Source: a virus
Virus record (IMG/VR): IMGVR_UViG_3300000062_000002
Span: 1 to 62,854 of that record
Strand: one strand, 5' to 3'
Length of the DNA: 62,854 nt
A program made the translations under genes and the position numbers. The notes under the pieces are model-generated. The model saw only the letters and a program-made list of their open reading frames with translations, was not told the origin of the DNA and ran no database searches. How positions within the stretch are numbered: the stretch's first letter is position 1; each line of letters begins with the position of its first letter. Positions 8,690-17,118 of the stretch are shown here, in pieces.

Positions 8690-8899
8690 ATGAGAGAAAA
8701 TCTTAAAACCGCTAGGAAAAAGCTGAATATGACACAACAGGATATGGCTGATTTTCTTTTTATAAGCTTTGTTCACTATCAAAAAATAGAGGCAGGAGAT
8801 AGAACAGGCAGTGTTGATATTTGGGATAGGCTAGAGGATATTACAAGGATTCATCAGAGGATTTTGCGAGAGGTGCATTGCAAAGCAGATAGTCAGTAG
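8690..8899 (+). CDS. XRE-family HTH protein
   Basis: LKTARKKLNMTQQDMADFLFISFVHYQKIEAGDRTGS fits the XRE pattern. GGGGA RBS. Its 3' end overlaps the convergent HTH gene by 59 nt. Confidence 0.6.
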   Translation: MRENLKTARKKLNMTQQDMADFLFISFVHYQKIEAGDRTGSVDIWDRLEDITRIHQRILREVHCKADSQ

Positions 8900-9065
8900 T
8901 GACACCGAATATTGTGGCTAAATTAACGAGCATATCGAAAGACGGTTCACGAGTACCTTGTTCATATTTCTGGTAAGTATTCAATGCGACCCCCAATATA
9001 TCTGCCATATTTTGTTGAGTTTTTTTGTTTTTCATTCGTAAAAGACGAAGTTTTTTATTAAACAT
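8841..9065 (-). CDS. XRE-family HTH repressor-like protein (74 aa)
   Basis: MFNKKLRLLRMKNKKTQQNMADILGVALNTYQKYEQGTREPSFDMLVNLATIFGV. GGGAGGA RBS. The longer ORF-track version (to 9488) is antisense to gene 9164... Confidence 0.75.
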   Translation of the reverse strand: MFNKKLRLLRMKNKKTQQNMADILGVALNTYQKYEQGTREPSFDMLVNLATIFGVTTDYLLCNAPLAKSSDESL

Positions 9066-9084
9066 AATTTTCCTCCCAAAAGTA

Positions 9085-9113
9085 TTGACTTTACATACAT
9101 ATTGTACTACAAT
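9085..9113 (+). promoter_or_regulatory. Sigma-A type promoter, TTGACT-17-TACAAT
   Basis: TTGACT at 9085..9090, a 17-nt spacer, TACAAT at 9108..9113. It lies upstream of gene 9164.. and is divergent from the HTH gene 8841..9065. Confidence 0.6.
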
Positions 9114-9127
9114 GCAAATATACAATA

Positions 9128-9146
9128 TACATACATTTTGTATGTA
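9128..9146. promoter_or_regulatory. Operator-like perfect palindrome TACATACA-ttt-TGTATGTA
   Basis: 8-3-8 inverted repeat between the promoter and the RBS. The half-site TACATACA also occurs at 9092..9099 inside the promoter spacer. Confidence 0.5.
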
Positions 9147-9163
9147 ATCGGGAGGTAGTCCTA

Positions 9164-9415
9164 ATGACAACATATCAAATTTTATCGGAAATAGAAAACC
9201 AAGCCACGTACTTAGAACGTGCCAGAGCCGTGCTTGCGGAAGTCGAGAATTACTTTGAAAGCCGAGATGAAATAAAGTATATCCCACATTACGCAGAGCA
9301 TATTTTACTCTTGCTTCAAGTTGCGGGGGGTCTGGTATACGATGCAACCCCTGAACTTGAACGATTGGCAACTGAATTACTTGAAAAGCATAAGGAGGAG
9401 CAAACACAATGCTAA
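9164..9415 (+). CDS. Hypothetical protein
   Basis: 83-aa ORF with a GGGAGG RBS. First gene downstream of the divergent promoter. Confidence 0.6.
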   Translation: MTTYQILSEIENQATYLERARAVLAEVENYFESRDEIKYIPHYAEHILLLLQVAGGLVYDATPELERLATELLEKHKEEQTQC

Positions 9416-9570
9416 AGTTAAAAGCTGTAATAGCCGTCATAAGCTTTTTGATGATATTTGGCTTTGTAGGCGGTGTGGAATGTGACAATATAGGCTTGCT
9501 TGCAGGTGGGATAGGCGGCTTTGCAAGTGTGCTTGTGTTCGGCTGGGCAACAATACCTTTTAGGGGATAA
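9409..9570 (+). CDS. Hypothetical small membrane protein (53 aa, two hydrophobic segments)
   Basis: AAGGAGGAG RBS 8 nt upstream of ATG 9409. Below the ORF-track cutoff. Overlaps the upstream stop. Confidence 0.5.
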   Translation: MLKLKAVIAVISFLMIFGFVGGVECDNIGLLAGGIGGFASVLVFGWATIPFRG

Positions 9571-9591
9571 TAAATTAACGGAGTGATATTA

Positions 9592-10407
9592 ATGATTAAA
9601 GTTGGAGATTTTGTTAAAGGGCGAGCCGACTCACCTTATGGCATTACAAACGGAAATATGACACGCGCATTGGTGGTAGATGTCATTGGTGATTCAAGTA
9701 TTAAAATACGAATACTTGAACATACCGATTGGGATGGAACATATGCAATATTTAATGTAGATTCAAAACACTTTGATGTAATCGGTCATATAAAGCCTTT
9801 TAATCGCAATGATGTGTTGAAATTTTTGTTAAATGGTTGCAAAAAAGCAATCCTTGACTACGACCTAAGAGGTGCTGACCTAATCGATGCTAACCTAAGC
9901 CGTGCTAACCTAAGCGGTGCTAACCTAAGCGATGCTGACCTAAGCGATGCTGACCTAAGCGATGCTAACCTAAGCCGTGCTAACCTAAGAGGTGCTGACC
10001 TAAGCGATGCTGACCTAAGCCGTGCTGACCTAAGAGGTGCTGACCTAAGCGATGCTGACCTAATCGATGCTAACCTAAGCCGTGCTAACCTAAGCGATGC
10101 TGACCTAAGCGATGCTGACCTAAGAGGTGCTGACCTAAGCGATGCTGACCTAAGCCGTGCTGACCTAAGAGGTGCTGACCTAAGCGATGCTGACCTAAGC
10201 CGTGCTGACCTAGATTTTTCCTGTTGGCCTCTTTGGTGTGGCAGTCTAAAGGTCAAAACAGATGTGAAACAAACGGTACAAGTAGCATATCATCTTTGTT
10301 CTATGCAATGCGATGATCCCAAATATATAAAAATGCGAAATAGCATTCTTGATTTTGCAAATGAATTTCATCGTGTAGATGAATGCGGAAGATTGGAAAT
10401 AAAATGA
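9592..10407 (+). CDS. Pentapeptide-repeat protein (about 23 consecutive A(D/N)LSx units) with unique N- and C-terminal domains
   Basis: [25 protein letters not shown].. runs for about 115 aa. GGAG RBS before ATG 9592. Confidence 0.9.
   Translation: MIKVGDFVKGRADSPYGITNGNMTRALVVDVIGDSSIKIRILEHTDWDGTYAIFNVDSKHFDVIGHIKPFNRNDVLKFLLNGCKKAILDYDLRGADLIDANLSRANLSGANLSDADLSDADLSDANLSRANLRGADLSDADLSRADLRGADLSDADLIDANLSRANLSDADLSDADLRGADLSDADLSRADLRGADLSDADLSRADLDFSCWPLWCGSLKVKTDVKQTVQVAYHLCSMQCDDPKYIKMRNSILDFANEFHRVDECGRLEIK
9860..10215 (+). repeat. Tandem 15-bp coding repeats (gatgctgacctaagc and variants) encoding the pentapeptide array
   Basis: The near-identical 15/30-bp periodicity is visible directly in the nucleotide sequence. 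Confidence 0.9.
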
Positions 10408-10613
10408 TTAGATACTTTAAATCAAAAATAACCGCACAAATAATCTATCAAATACTATTCTTTTTGGTCTTATTTCTGGGTGTGTTCGGCTCTGTCGGGG
10501 CAATGGAAATAGGCAATATATCAATTATGCAAGGGCGTGTACAGCTTGCGCTTTCTATGGCACTTTTACCGCTTTTGGCATATAAAGGCAAAATGTTTTC
10601 GTTTCAACAGTAA
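10404..10613 (+). CDS. Hypothetical membrane protein
   Basis: ATG 10404 overlaps the upstream TGA (ATGA). Two hydrophobic helices. Confidence 0.5.
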   Translation: MIRYFKSKITAQIIYQILFFLVLFLGVFGSVGAMEIGNISIMQGRVQLALSMALLPLLAYKGKMFSFQQ

Positions 10614-10628
10614 GAAAGGAGGACTTTA

Positions 10629-11045
10629 ATGTACAGTAAAACAATCATAGTTGGAAGATTAACAGCAGACCCAGAGTTGAAAACAACTCAAAGCGGCGTA
10701 TCAGTGGTATCTTTTTCTGTCGCCGTAGGTCGTGCATATGCTCCAAAAGGACAAGAACGACAGACCGATTTCTACGATGTTGTCGCATGGAGAGGGGAAG
10801 CGGATTTCATCTGCAAATATTTCTCAAAAGGCTCTGCAATACTTGTTGAAGGGAATATGGAATCTCGTACATACACTGACAAGAACGGCCAGAATCGCCG
10901 TGTATGGGAGCTTGTCGCAAACAATATAAGGTTTGTTGAAAGCAAGTCAAACAGCAACCAGAACGCAACACAGGGCACTACAGCACCAACTACCACAAGC
11001 AACAGCACCGCAGACGATGATGACGGAGATGTATTGCCTTTCTAA
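10629..11045 (+). CDS. ssb: Single-stranded DNA-binding protein
   Basis: OB-fold N-terminus (IIVGRLTADPELKTTQSGVSVVSFSVAV..DFYDVVAWRG), a low-complexity linker and the acidic tip DDDDGDVLPF. Confidence 0.95.
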   Translation: MYSKTIIVGRLTADPELKTTQSGVSVVSFSVAVGRAYAPKGQERQTDFYDVVAWRGEADFICKYFSKGSAILVEGNMESRTYTDKNGQNRRVWELVANNIRFVESKSNSNQNATQGTTAPTTTSNSTADDDDGDVLPF

Positions 11046-11081
11046 TTTAAGAATATCACAAAATCATTAAGGCGGTGGAAC

Positions 11082-11807
11082 ATGGCGGGATTTATAAAAT
11101 TACATCGAAAAATTTTAAATTGGGAATGGTACAGTGACATAAATACAACTCGCCTATTCTTGCACCTGTTATTAACAGCAACACATAAAAGTGTTAAATA
11201 CAAAGGTCGAGCAATAGAACGAGGGGAGCTTATAACCACTCTTCCAAGACTTTCAGAAGCCACAAATTTAACGATAAAAGAGCTCAGAACGGCTTGTGAA
11301 CATCTTATGAACAGCGGCGAAATTTCAAAAAAAACGGCAGGAAGAGAAACTGTAATAAATGTGATAAACTACGCAATTTATCAGGGTGAAGATAATGACA
11401 ACGGCAGGATAGGGGCAGATAAGGGGCAGGATAACGGCAGGATAAGGGCAGGTGTACAGAACAAGAATGAACAAGAATACAATAAGAATGTAAAAGAAAA
11501 AGAACTTATTGTGCGTTTTTTTGATTGCATCTGGAGCAAGTATCCAGAAAAGAAAGGCAAAGGTCAAGTAAGTGCTACAAAGAAAAAGGAACTCTATGCC
11601 ATAGGGTTTGACGAGTTAAGCAGATGCATCGAACGCTATGTTAGCACCAAAGAGGATTGGAAGAAATGGCAGAATGGCTCAACTTTCTTCAACAGCGGAT
11701 ATGTGGATTATCTTGATGCTAACTGGGTTGCCAATGAAATGTCTACTGATTCTCAGCCTACACAACAGACAGAGACTGATACAGGTTGGAGGGTTATTCA
11801 AGAATGA
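11082..11807 (+). CDS. Replication initiator / replisome-organiser-type protein (winged-helix N-terminus)
   Basis: GFIKLHRKILNWEWYSD..LFLHLLLTATHK..RGELITTLPRLSEATNLTIKELRTACEHLMNSGEI is typical of phage replication organisers. An iteron array lies inside the gene. Confidence 0.6.
   Translation: MAGFIKLHRKILNWEWYSDINTTRLFLHLLLTATHKSVKYKGRAIERGELITTLPRLSEATNLTIKELRTACEHLMNSGEISKKTAGRETVINVINYAIYQGEDNDNGRIGADKGQDNGRIRAGVQNKNEQEYNKNVKEKELIVRFFDCIWSKYPEKKGKGQVSATKKKELYAIGFDELSRCIERYVSTKEDWKKWQNGSTFFNSGYVDYLDANWVANEMSTDSQPTQQTETDTGWRVIQE
11403..11457. repeat. Five iterons GGCAG(G/A)ATA.. spaced exactly 11 bp apart (starts 11403, 11414, 11425, 11436, 11447): candidate origin
   Basis: Counted directly. 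They are followed by an A-rich run of three roughly 10-bp repeats (ACAAGAATGA / ACAAGAATAC / AATAAGAATG). Confidence 0.7.
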
Positions 11808-13837
11808 TTGATGAACAGGAAATAAGAAAATCAATAGCGACCTTGAAGCCTAACAATGCCTTGTACGAAGTCAGAGCGATAGATGGCCGATGGAATGCAA
11901 GCGGTTATTTTCGGGGAGCTGACAGCCTTATCCCTGAAATTAAGCGTCACATGTCAAGAACTGGTGTGAATTTCTACATAACGCTAAGCACTGTCAATGA
12001 AGCTTGTGCTTCACGAAAACAGTTTGGCAAAATGGTGGAAAATGCAAGTCCTACAACCAGTGACAGTGATGTTGTGGCATATGAATGGCTGATGGTTGAT
12101 GTAGACCCACATCGTCCAACAGGAACATCATCTAGTGACGAGCAAATCGAGAAGTCAAAACTAAAGGCAAATCAAATATTTAAGTTCCTGCGTTCAAGGG
12201 GATGGAGTGACCCGATTGTCTCACTAAGCGGCAACGGAACACATTTGCTATATGCCATAGGCCTTGCCAACAATCCCGAAAATGTAAAACTCATACAAAA
12301 TTGTCTTTTGGTTTTAGATATGTTTTTTTCGGATGAAGAAATGCAAATAGACCTAAAAACATTTAACCCTGCCAGAATATGCAAATTGTACGGTACAACG
12401 GCAAAAAAAGGACTTGATACTACCGAACGGCCACACCGTATGAGCAAAATAATCAGGGCGAGGAAAATTGAACAGACGGATAAATCCCTGCTACAATCAC
12501 TTGTGACATTATTGCCGCAACAGCAGAAACCAGCAAAATACAATGGCTATAATCCGGCACGTTTTGACCTTGACAATTGGATTTACAAGCACGGATTAAA
12601 TGTTCGCAAAACAAACTGGAATGGTGGAAATAAGTGGATATTTGAAGAATGCCCTTTTGATTCATCGCACAAGGGCAAAGACGCTGCCATAATTCAAACT
12701 ACAGATGGCAAAATATGTTTTAACTGCTTTCACAATTCCTGTGCAGGAAACAAATGGCGAGAGCTGCGATTGAAATATGAGCCAACCGCTTATGAACAAA
12801 AATATGTAGAATCAACGCCGCTTCCAAATTACCGCAATCCGAATTATCAGACCGTTCCCGTGCAAGACATAAAGCCTGTAGACGGCGAACCGATATTTTT
12901 CACCACGGAACAAATACGAATGCTGAAAACACCACCAGAAGAGTTTATAAAAACTGGAATCGAAGTTCTTGACAAAAAGCTCCGAGGGTTAAAAAAAGGC
13001 TTTGTAACATGCCTTTCAGGTTTGCGTGGATGTGGCAAATCCTCACTAATATCTCAATTCACCATTGAGGCTGTAGAGCAGGGTTACAAAGTGGCATTAT
13101 TCAGCGGTGAACTTACAGCTAAAAACCTCTACAAGTGGCTTACATTGCAAGCGGCTGGTAAGTATGCGGTGCAAGGAACACAGTACGAGAATTATTATCA
13201 GGTGAACACAAATGCAGAGCTTCAAATTTCAAAATGGCTTGACGAAAAGCTTTACGTTTACAACAATCACTATGGCAATAATTTTGCAGAAATAGCCAAA
13301 CAACTAGGCAAATGTGTGACAGAGCATAAGGTTGACCTTGTTATCTTAGACAACCTCATGGCACTCAATATTAACATGTTAGACCAAGACAAATTTGCTA
13401 GGCAAAGCGCATTTGTAGAGCAATTAGAAACTTTTGCTAAAGAAGCCAACATTCACATTATCTTTGTGGCACATCCAAGAAAAAGTATGGGTTTTTTACG
13501 ACTGGATGATGTTTCAGGAAGCAACGATATAGTAAACAGAGTTGACAATGCTTTTATCATTCACCGAGTAAACAAAGATTTTAAAAGATTGTCAAATGTG
13601 GCATTCAAATGGAAAGAGGATGACCCGTTATATCAGTGCGATAACGTGATTGAAATATGCAAAGACCGAGACTTAGGGACGCAAGATGTATTTATTCCGC
13701 TGTATTTTGAAATCTCTTGCAAGCGACTTAAAAACAGCCAACATGAGCATAAAAATTACGGTTGGGTAAAAGATGACGGCGGTTTTGGAGATGATGATTG
13801 GATTGAAATTCCAAACAAAGAGGGGTTGCCGTGGTGA
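11804..13837 (+). CDS. Bifunctional primase-polymerase / RecA-fold (DnaB-like) replicative helicase
   Basis: N-terminal MVDVDPHR (DxD). Cys/His cluster CPFDSSHKGK..CFNCFHNSC. C-terminal Walker A GLRGCGKSS and Walker B LVILDN. ATG 11804 overlaps the upstream stop. Confidence 0.75.
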   Translation: MIDEQEIRKSIATLKPNNALYEVRAIDGRWNASGYFRGADSLIPEIKRHMSRTGVNFYITLSTVNEACASRKQFGKMVENASPTTSDSDVVAYEWLMVDVDPHRPTGTSSSDEQIEKSKLKANQIFKFLRSRGWSDPIVSLSGNGTHLLYAIGLANNPENVKLIQNCLLVLDMFFSDEEMQIDLKTFNPARICKLYGTTAKKGLDTTERPHRMSKIIRARKIEQTDKSLLQSLVTLLPQQQKPAKYNGYNPARFDLDNWIYKHGLNVRKTNWNGGNKWIFEECPFDSSHKGKDAAIIQTTDGKICFNCFHNSCAGNKWRELRLKYEPTAYEQKYVESTPLPNYRNPNYQTVPVQDIKPVDGEPIFFTTEQIRMLKTPPEEFIKTGIEVLDKKLRGLKKGFVTCLSGLRGCGKSSLISQFTIEAVEQGYKVALFSGELTAKNLYKWLTLQAAGKYAVQGTQYENYYQVNTNAELQISKWLDEKLYVYNNHYGNNFAEIAKQLGKCVTEHKVDLVILDNLMALNINMLDQDKFARQSAFVEQLETFAKEANIHIIFVAHPRKSMGFLRLDDVSGSNDIVNRVDNAFIIHRVNKDFKRLSNVAFKWKEDDPLYQCDNVIEICKDRDLGTQDVFIPLYFEISCKRLKNSQHEHKNYGWVKDDGGFGDDDWIEIPNKEGLPW

Positions 13838-13983
13838 TAGAACTTCTTGAACTTGCAAAGTTTCTACCAAAAAATGATTACCTTGTATATTCCAAGTGTA
13901 AACGGGTTCTAAAAGCATTACCGATATCCGATGAAGCATATGCAATTTACCTCAATGAATTAATAAAAATTCTTGAAATTTAA
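13831..13983 (+). CDS. Hypothetical 50-aa protein
   Basis: GTG start overlapping the primase-helicase stop, after AGAGGGG. Below the ORF-track cutoff. Confidence 0.35.
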   Translation: MVIELLELAKFLPKNDYLVYSKCKRVLKALPISDEAYAIYLNELIKILEI

Positions 13984-14010
13984 TTTTATGAACATTAGGG
14001 AGTGAAAGCC

Positions 14011-14217
14011 GTGTATATGGCAGTAACAGCAGACAAGGTTGAATTGCCAGTTGCTGTAGGAGATTCAGCAAGAGACCTAGCAAAACTATTAGGTATGCAT
14101 GAAGTTACAATTTATAGCCTTGCAAGTCGTGGAACTCCAAGCAAAAAGCGTGGTATTAAAATTGTGAAAGTTGCTGTTAAATTTAATAAATCCGAATTGG
14201 AGGAACTTGCAGAATAA
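14011..14217 (+). CDS. Small HTH DNA-binding protein (excisionase/MerR-like shape)
   Basis: ARDLAKLLGMHEVTIYSLASRG helix-turn-helix. AGGGAG RBS 8 nt before GTG 14011 (the ORF track starts at 14002). Confidence 0.45.
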   Translation: MYMAVTADKVELPVAVGDSARDLAKLLGMHEVTIYSLASRGTPSKKRGIKIVKVAVKFNKSELEELAE

Positions 14218-14326
14218 TGAATAACTCATTTATGGAGATGAGCCACAAGGATTTTTTGAATATATTGTATGACAAGAAAAATCCAAGAGCGGAAATTACT
14301 ATTACACCAATTGAGGACTACGAGAT

Positions 14327-14524
14327 ATGGAATGCAAAGTAGATAACAAATGTTCCGTCTGTGACAAGCACTGGCATAAATATGGTGTCAGGAAATGCAA
14401 CCATCCCAAAGGCAATAAAAGAATCATATGCCGTTACTGTTGCCGCAAATGTAATAACAATATATTTGTTGGATGTGGTCAGGAATGCAAGCTAAACAAA
14501 CCGTGCACCGAGGGGGAAATGTAG
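14327..14524 (+). CDS. Hypothetical Cys-rich protein (65 aa, 11 Cys)
   Basis: CSVCDKHWH..CNH..CRYCCRKCNN..CGQEC. GAGGA RBS. Confidence 0.45.
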   Translation: MECKVDNKCSVCDKHWHKYGVRKCNHPKGNKRIICRYCCRKCNNNIFVGCGQECKLNKPCTEGEM

Positions 14525-14823
14525 TGCTAACACATTTATCTTTATTTTCGGGTGTTGGTGGCCAGTTGAATCCGGATTGGGTTGAGTGGTTAATGGGGTT
14601 CCCCACCGGATGGACAACCGCAGATATTGACATCATGCACCCATTACCACCAAAAGATGGCGAATGGTGGCCGAATGAGCCGGAAGGTGTTCCGAGGGTT
14701 ACCGCCAAAAAGCCTAATAGAGCAGATAGATTAAAGTGTTTAGGCAATGCGGTTGTTCCCCGCCAGTTTTACCCGATATTTAAGGCAATTGCAGATATTA
14801 CGGAGGATTTATATGACATATGA
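14524..14823 (+). pseudogene. Internally deleted DNA (cytosine-5) methyltransferase: motif I joined directly to the C-terminal region
   Basis: LSLFSGVGG (motif I, FxGxG) is followed at once by NPDWVEWLMGFPTGWT and LGNAVVP (motif X). No PCQ catalytic motif or target-recognition domain. Only 99 codons. Confidence 0.6.
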
Positions 14824-16213
14824 AGAATGCCTCGCAAGGAAGCGAATGGAAATAGTTGATAGCGGGTTCAGGGTAGAACAAAATGCCCTGAATCCGGCTC
14901 TCTTTGATTGGCAAAAAGACATTACCCGGTGGGCGCTCCGCAAAGGTAAAGCTGCACTGTTTGAGGATTGCGGATTAGGCAAAACAATCCAGCAGTTATC
15001 ATTTGCGGATGAAGTATGCAAGCATGAAAACACCAGTGTAATTGTATTTTCTCCACTGTCAGTAGCACAGCAGACGGTGGCAGAGGGGCGAAAGTTCGGA
15101 ATAAATGCAAACATAATCGAAAATCAGGCTGATATTAAAAAAGGAATCAATATCACTAATTATGAAAAGCTTGATAAATTTGATTTTTCTAGCTTTGGCG
15201 GTGTGGTTCTTGACGAAAGCAGCATCTTAAAGCACAGCACAAGCAAAACCCGGCAAGAGATAACGCAGCGCTTTGCCGCAACGCCGTATAAGCTGGCATG
15301 CAGTGCAACACCGGCACCCAATGACTTTATGGAGATTGGCAATCACTCTGAATTTTTCGGAATAATGAGCCAAGTAGAAATGCTTGCAACATTTTTTGCA
15401 CATGATGGCGGTGACACTGCCAAGTGGCGGCTAAAAGGTCATGCGGAGGATAAGTTCTGGGAATGGATAGCGAGCTGGGCTTGTGTACTGCAAAGTCCGG
15501 GTGACCTTGGATATGATGATGCCGCCTACAAATTGCCTCCGCTCAATATTCATGAGCATATCGTAAAATCAAATGCGCTTGAAGATACAGAGGGGCAACT
15601 GCTCTTAGTGCCGCAACAATCTATGAGTTTATCAGATCGCCGGAATGCAAGAAAGCAGAGCCTTACGCAGCGTGTGAGTGCCGCCGCAGATATAGCGAAT
15701 TCCATTGATGGACAAACGCTCATATGGTGTGACCTGAACTCCGAAAGTGAAGCTCTGAGTCGTGCTATTCGTGGAGCTGTAGAAGTTAAGGGCAGTGACA
15801 ACGCTAATCACAAAATCAATTCTATGATGGACTTTAGTAATGGTGATATTAAAGCACTTGTAAGTAAGCCATCAATAGCGGGATGGGGAATGAACTGGCA
15901 GAACTGTAATAATATGATTTTTGTTGGTTTGTCCGATAGTTTTGAGGCCTATTATCAAGCAGTTCGCCGCTGTTGGCGTTTCGGCCAGACAAACCCGGTT
16001 AATGTACATCTTGTTATATCCGAGGCCGAGGGCGCAGTTAAAGCCAACATAGAGCGCAAACAGGCCGATGCCATGCGTATGACAGGGGAACTTATAAGGC
16101 ATACTCAAAAAATATTAGAAGCAGACATTCGGCAAACTACACGTATAAGCGAAAATTATCATACAAATGCGGTTATGTTGGTGCCGGATTGGTTGAGGAG
16201 GAATGCGGGATGA
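14813..16213 (+). CDS. SNF2/DEAD-like superfamily-2 helicase
   Basis: DCGLGKT (motif I), VLDESS (DExx), C-terminal QAVRRCWRFGQ (motif VI). GGAGG RBS before ATG 14813. Confidence 0.85.
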   Translation: MTYEECLARKRMEIVDSGFRVEQNALNPALFDWQKDITRWALRKGKAALFEDCGLGKTIQQLSFADEVCKHENTSVIVFSPLSVAQQTVAEGRKFGINANIIENQADIKKGINITNYEKLDKFDFSSFGGVVLDESSILKHSTSKTRQEITQRFAATPYKLACSATPAPNDFMEIGNHSEFFGIMSQVEMLATFFAHDGGDTAKWRLKGHAEDKFWEWIASWACVLQSPGDLGYDDAAYKLPPLNIHEHIVKSNALEDTEGQLLLVPQQSMSLSDRRNARKQSLTQRVSAAADIANSIDGQTLIWCDLNSESEALSRAIRGAVEVKGSDNANHKINSMMDFSNGDIKALVSKPSIAGWGMNWQNCNNMIFVGLSDSFEAYYQAVRRCWRFGQTNPVNVHLVISEAEGAVKANIERKQADAMRMTGELIRHTQKILEADIRQTTRISENYHTNAVMLVPDWLRRNAG

Positions 16214-17118
16214 ATGAAAATATTGCAGTTAAAGACCAATATATAACAGATCGATTTGCTCTTTATAACGGTGACAGCGCAGAAGTGTTGCGTGAAATTC
16301 CGGATGATAGTATTCACTATATTATCTATTCGCCGCCATTCGCAAGCCTATATACATATTCAAACAGTGATCGGGATTTAGGAAATTGCCGCTCACATGA
16401 AGAGTTTTATCAGCAATTCAAGTTTATTGTTGATGAATCATATCGCACTTTAATGCCCGGTCGCATGATGTCTGTACACTGCATGAATTTGCCTACATCC
16501 AAAGAACGTGATGGATATATCGGTATTCGGGATTTTAGAGGGGATTTAATCAGGCTTTTTCAAGATAGCGGGTTTATATATCATTCCGAGGTATGTATAT
16601 GGAAAGATCCTGTTATAGCAATGCAACGCACTAAGGCGCTTGGCTTGCTCAACAAGCAAAAAAACAAAGATAGCTGTATGAGCCGTCAGGGAATACCGGA
16701 TTATCTTGTTACAATGCGCAAGCCGGGGATAAATCCTGAGCCGGTTAAACACACAAACGATGACTTCCCGATTGATACATGGCAAAAATATGCTTCTCCT
16801 GCATGGGAAGAATACCCATCGCCTATCTGGTGGGATATAAACCCATCCGATACACTGCAAGCGAGATCCGCAAGAGAAGAAAAGGATGAAAAGCATATAT
16901 GCCCATTACAATTACCTGTAATAAAGCGTGGCATTAACCTTTGGACAAATCCCGGCGATACTGTTCTATCCCCTTTTTCCGGCATAGGCTCTGAAATATA
17001 TCAGGCACTGGAAATGGGGCGCAAAGGTATCGGCATTGAGCTTAAAGAAAGCTATTACAAGCAGGGTGTACGCAATTGCATGGGCGTGATTGCCAATGAG
17101 CAGACAGTGATGTGGTGA
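16210..17118 (+). CDS. N6-adenine/N4-cytosine DNA methyltransferase (beta-class order: motif IV before motif I)
   Basis: IIYSPPFASLY (S/DPPF/Y) comes first, then VLSPFSGIGSE near the C-terminus. ATGA overlap with the helicase gene. Confidence 0.85.
   Translation: MNENIAVKDQYITDRFALYNGDSAEVLREIPDDSIHYIIYSPPFASLYTYSNSDRDLGNCRSHEEFYQQFKFIVDESYRTLMPGRMMSVHCMNLPTSKERDGYIGIRDFRGDLIRLFQDSGFIYHSEVCIWKDPVIAMQRTKALGLLNKQKNKDSCMSRQGIPDYLVTMRKPGINPEPVKHTNDDFPIDTWQKYASPAWEEYPSPIWWDINPSDTLQARSAREEKDEKHICPLQLPVIKRGINLWTNPGDTVLSPFSGIGSEIYQALEMGRKGIGIELKESYYKQGVRNCMGVIANEQTVMW

Noticed and set aside
8630-8782. N-terminal 51-codon extension of the DUF4145 ORF (ORF-track start 8782)
   Set aside because: The extension is antisense to a well-formed XRE HTH gene (8690..8899) and looks like junk (..ISHILLCHIQLFPSGFKIF..). 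A TTG with an AGGA RBS at 8629 precedes the zinc ribbon.
8841-9488. 215-aa - strand ORF as a single gene
   Set aside because: Only the last 74 codons form an XRE HTH protein, with a strong GGGAGGA RBS at the internal ATG (9065). The upstream part is antisense to gene 9164..9415 and to the promoter/operator region.
9860-10215. Possible CRISPR array, given the regular short direct repeats
   Set aside because: The repeats are contiguous 15-mers with no spacers, they sit in-frame within one ORF, and no cas genes or leader are present. The ATAAATT cluster at 54.3 kb is likewise far too short and irregular.
9858-10256. 132-aa - strand ORF ([12 protein letters not shown].. repeats) antisense to the pentapeptide-repeat gene
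   Set aside because: It is the mirror image of the 15-bp repeat array. It has no RBS, and the + strand frame gives a textbook A(D/N)LSx pentapeptide protein with unique flanking domains.
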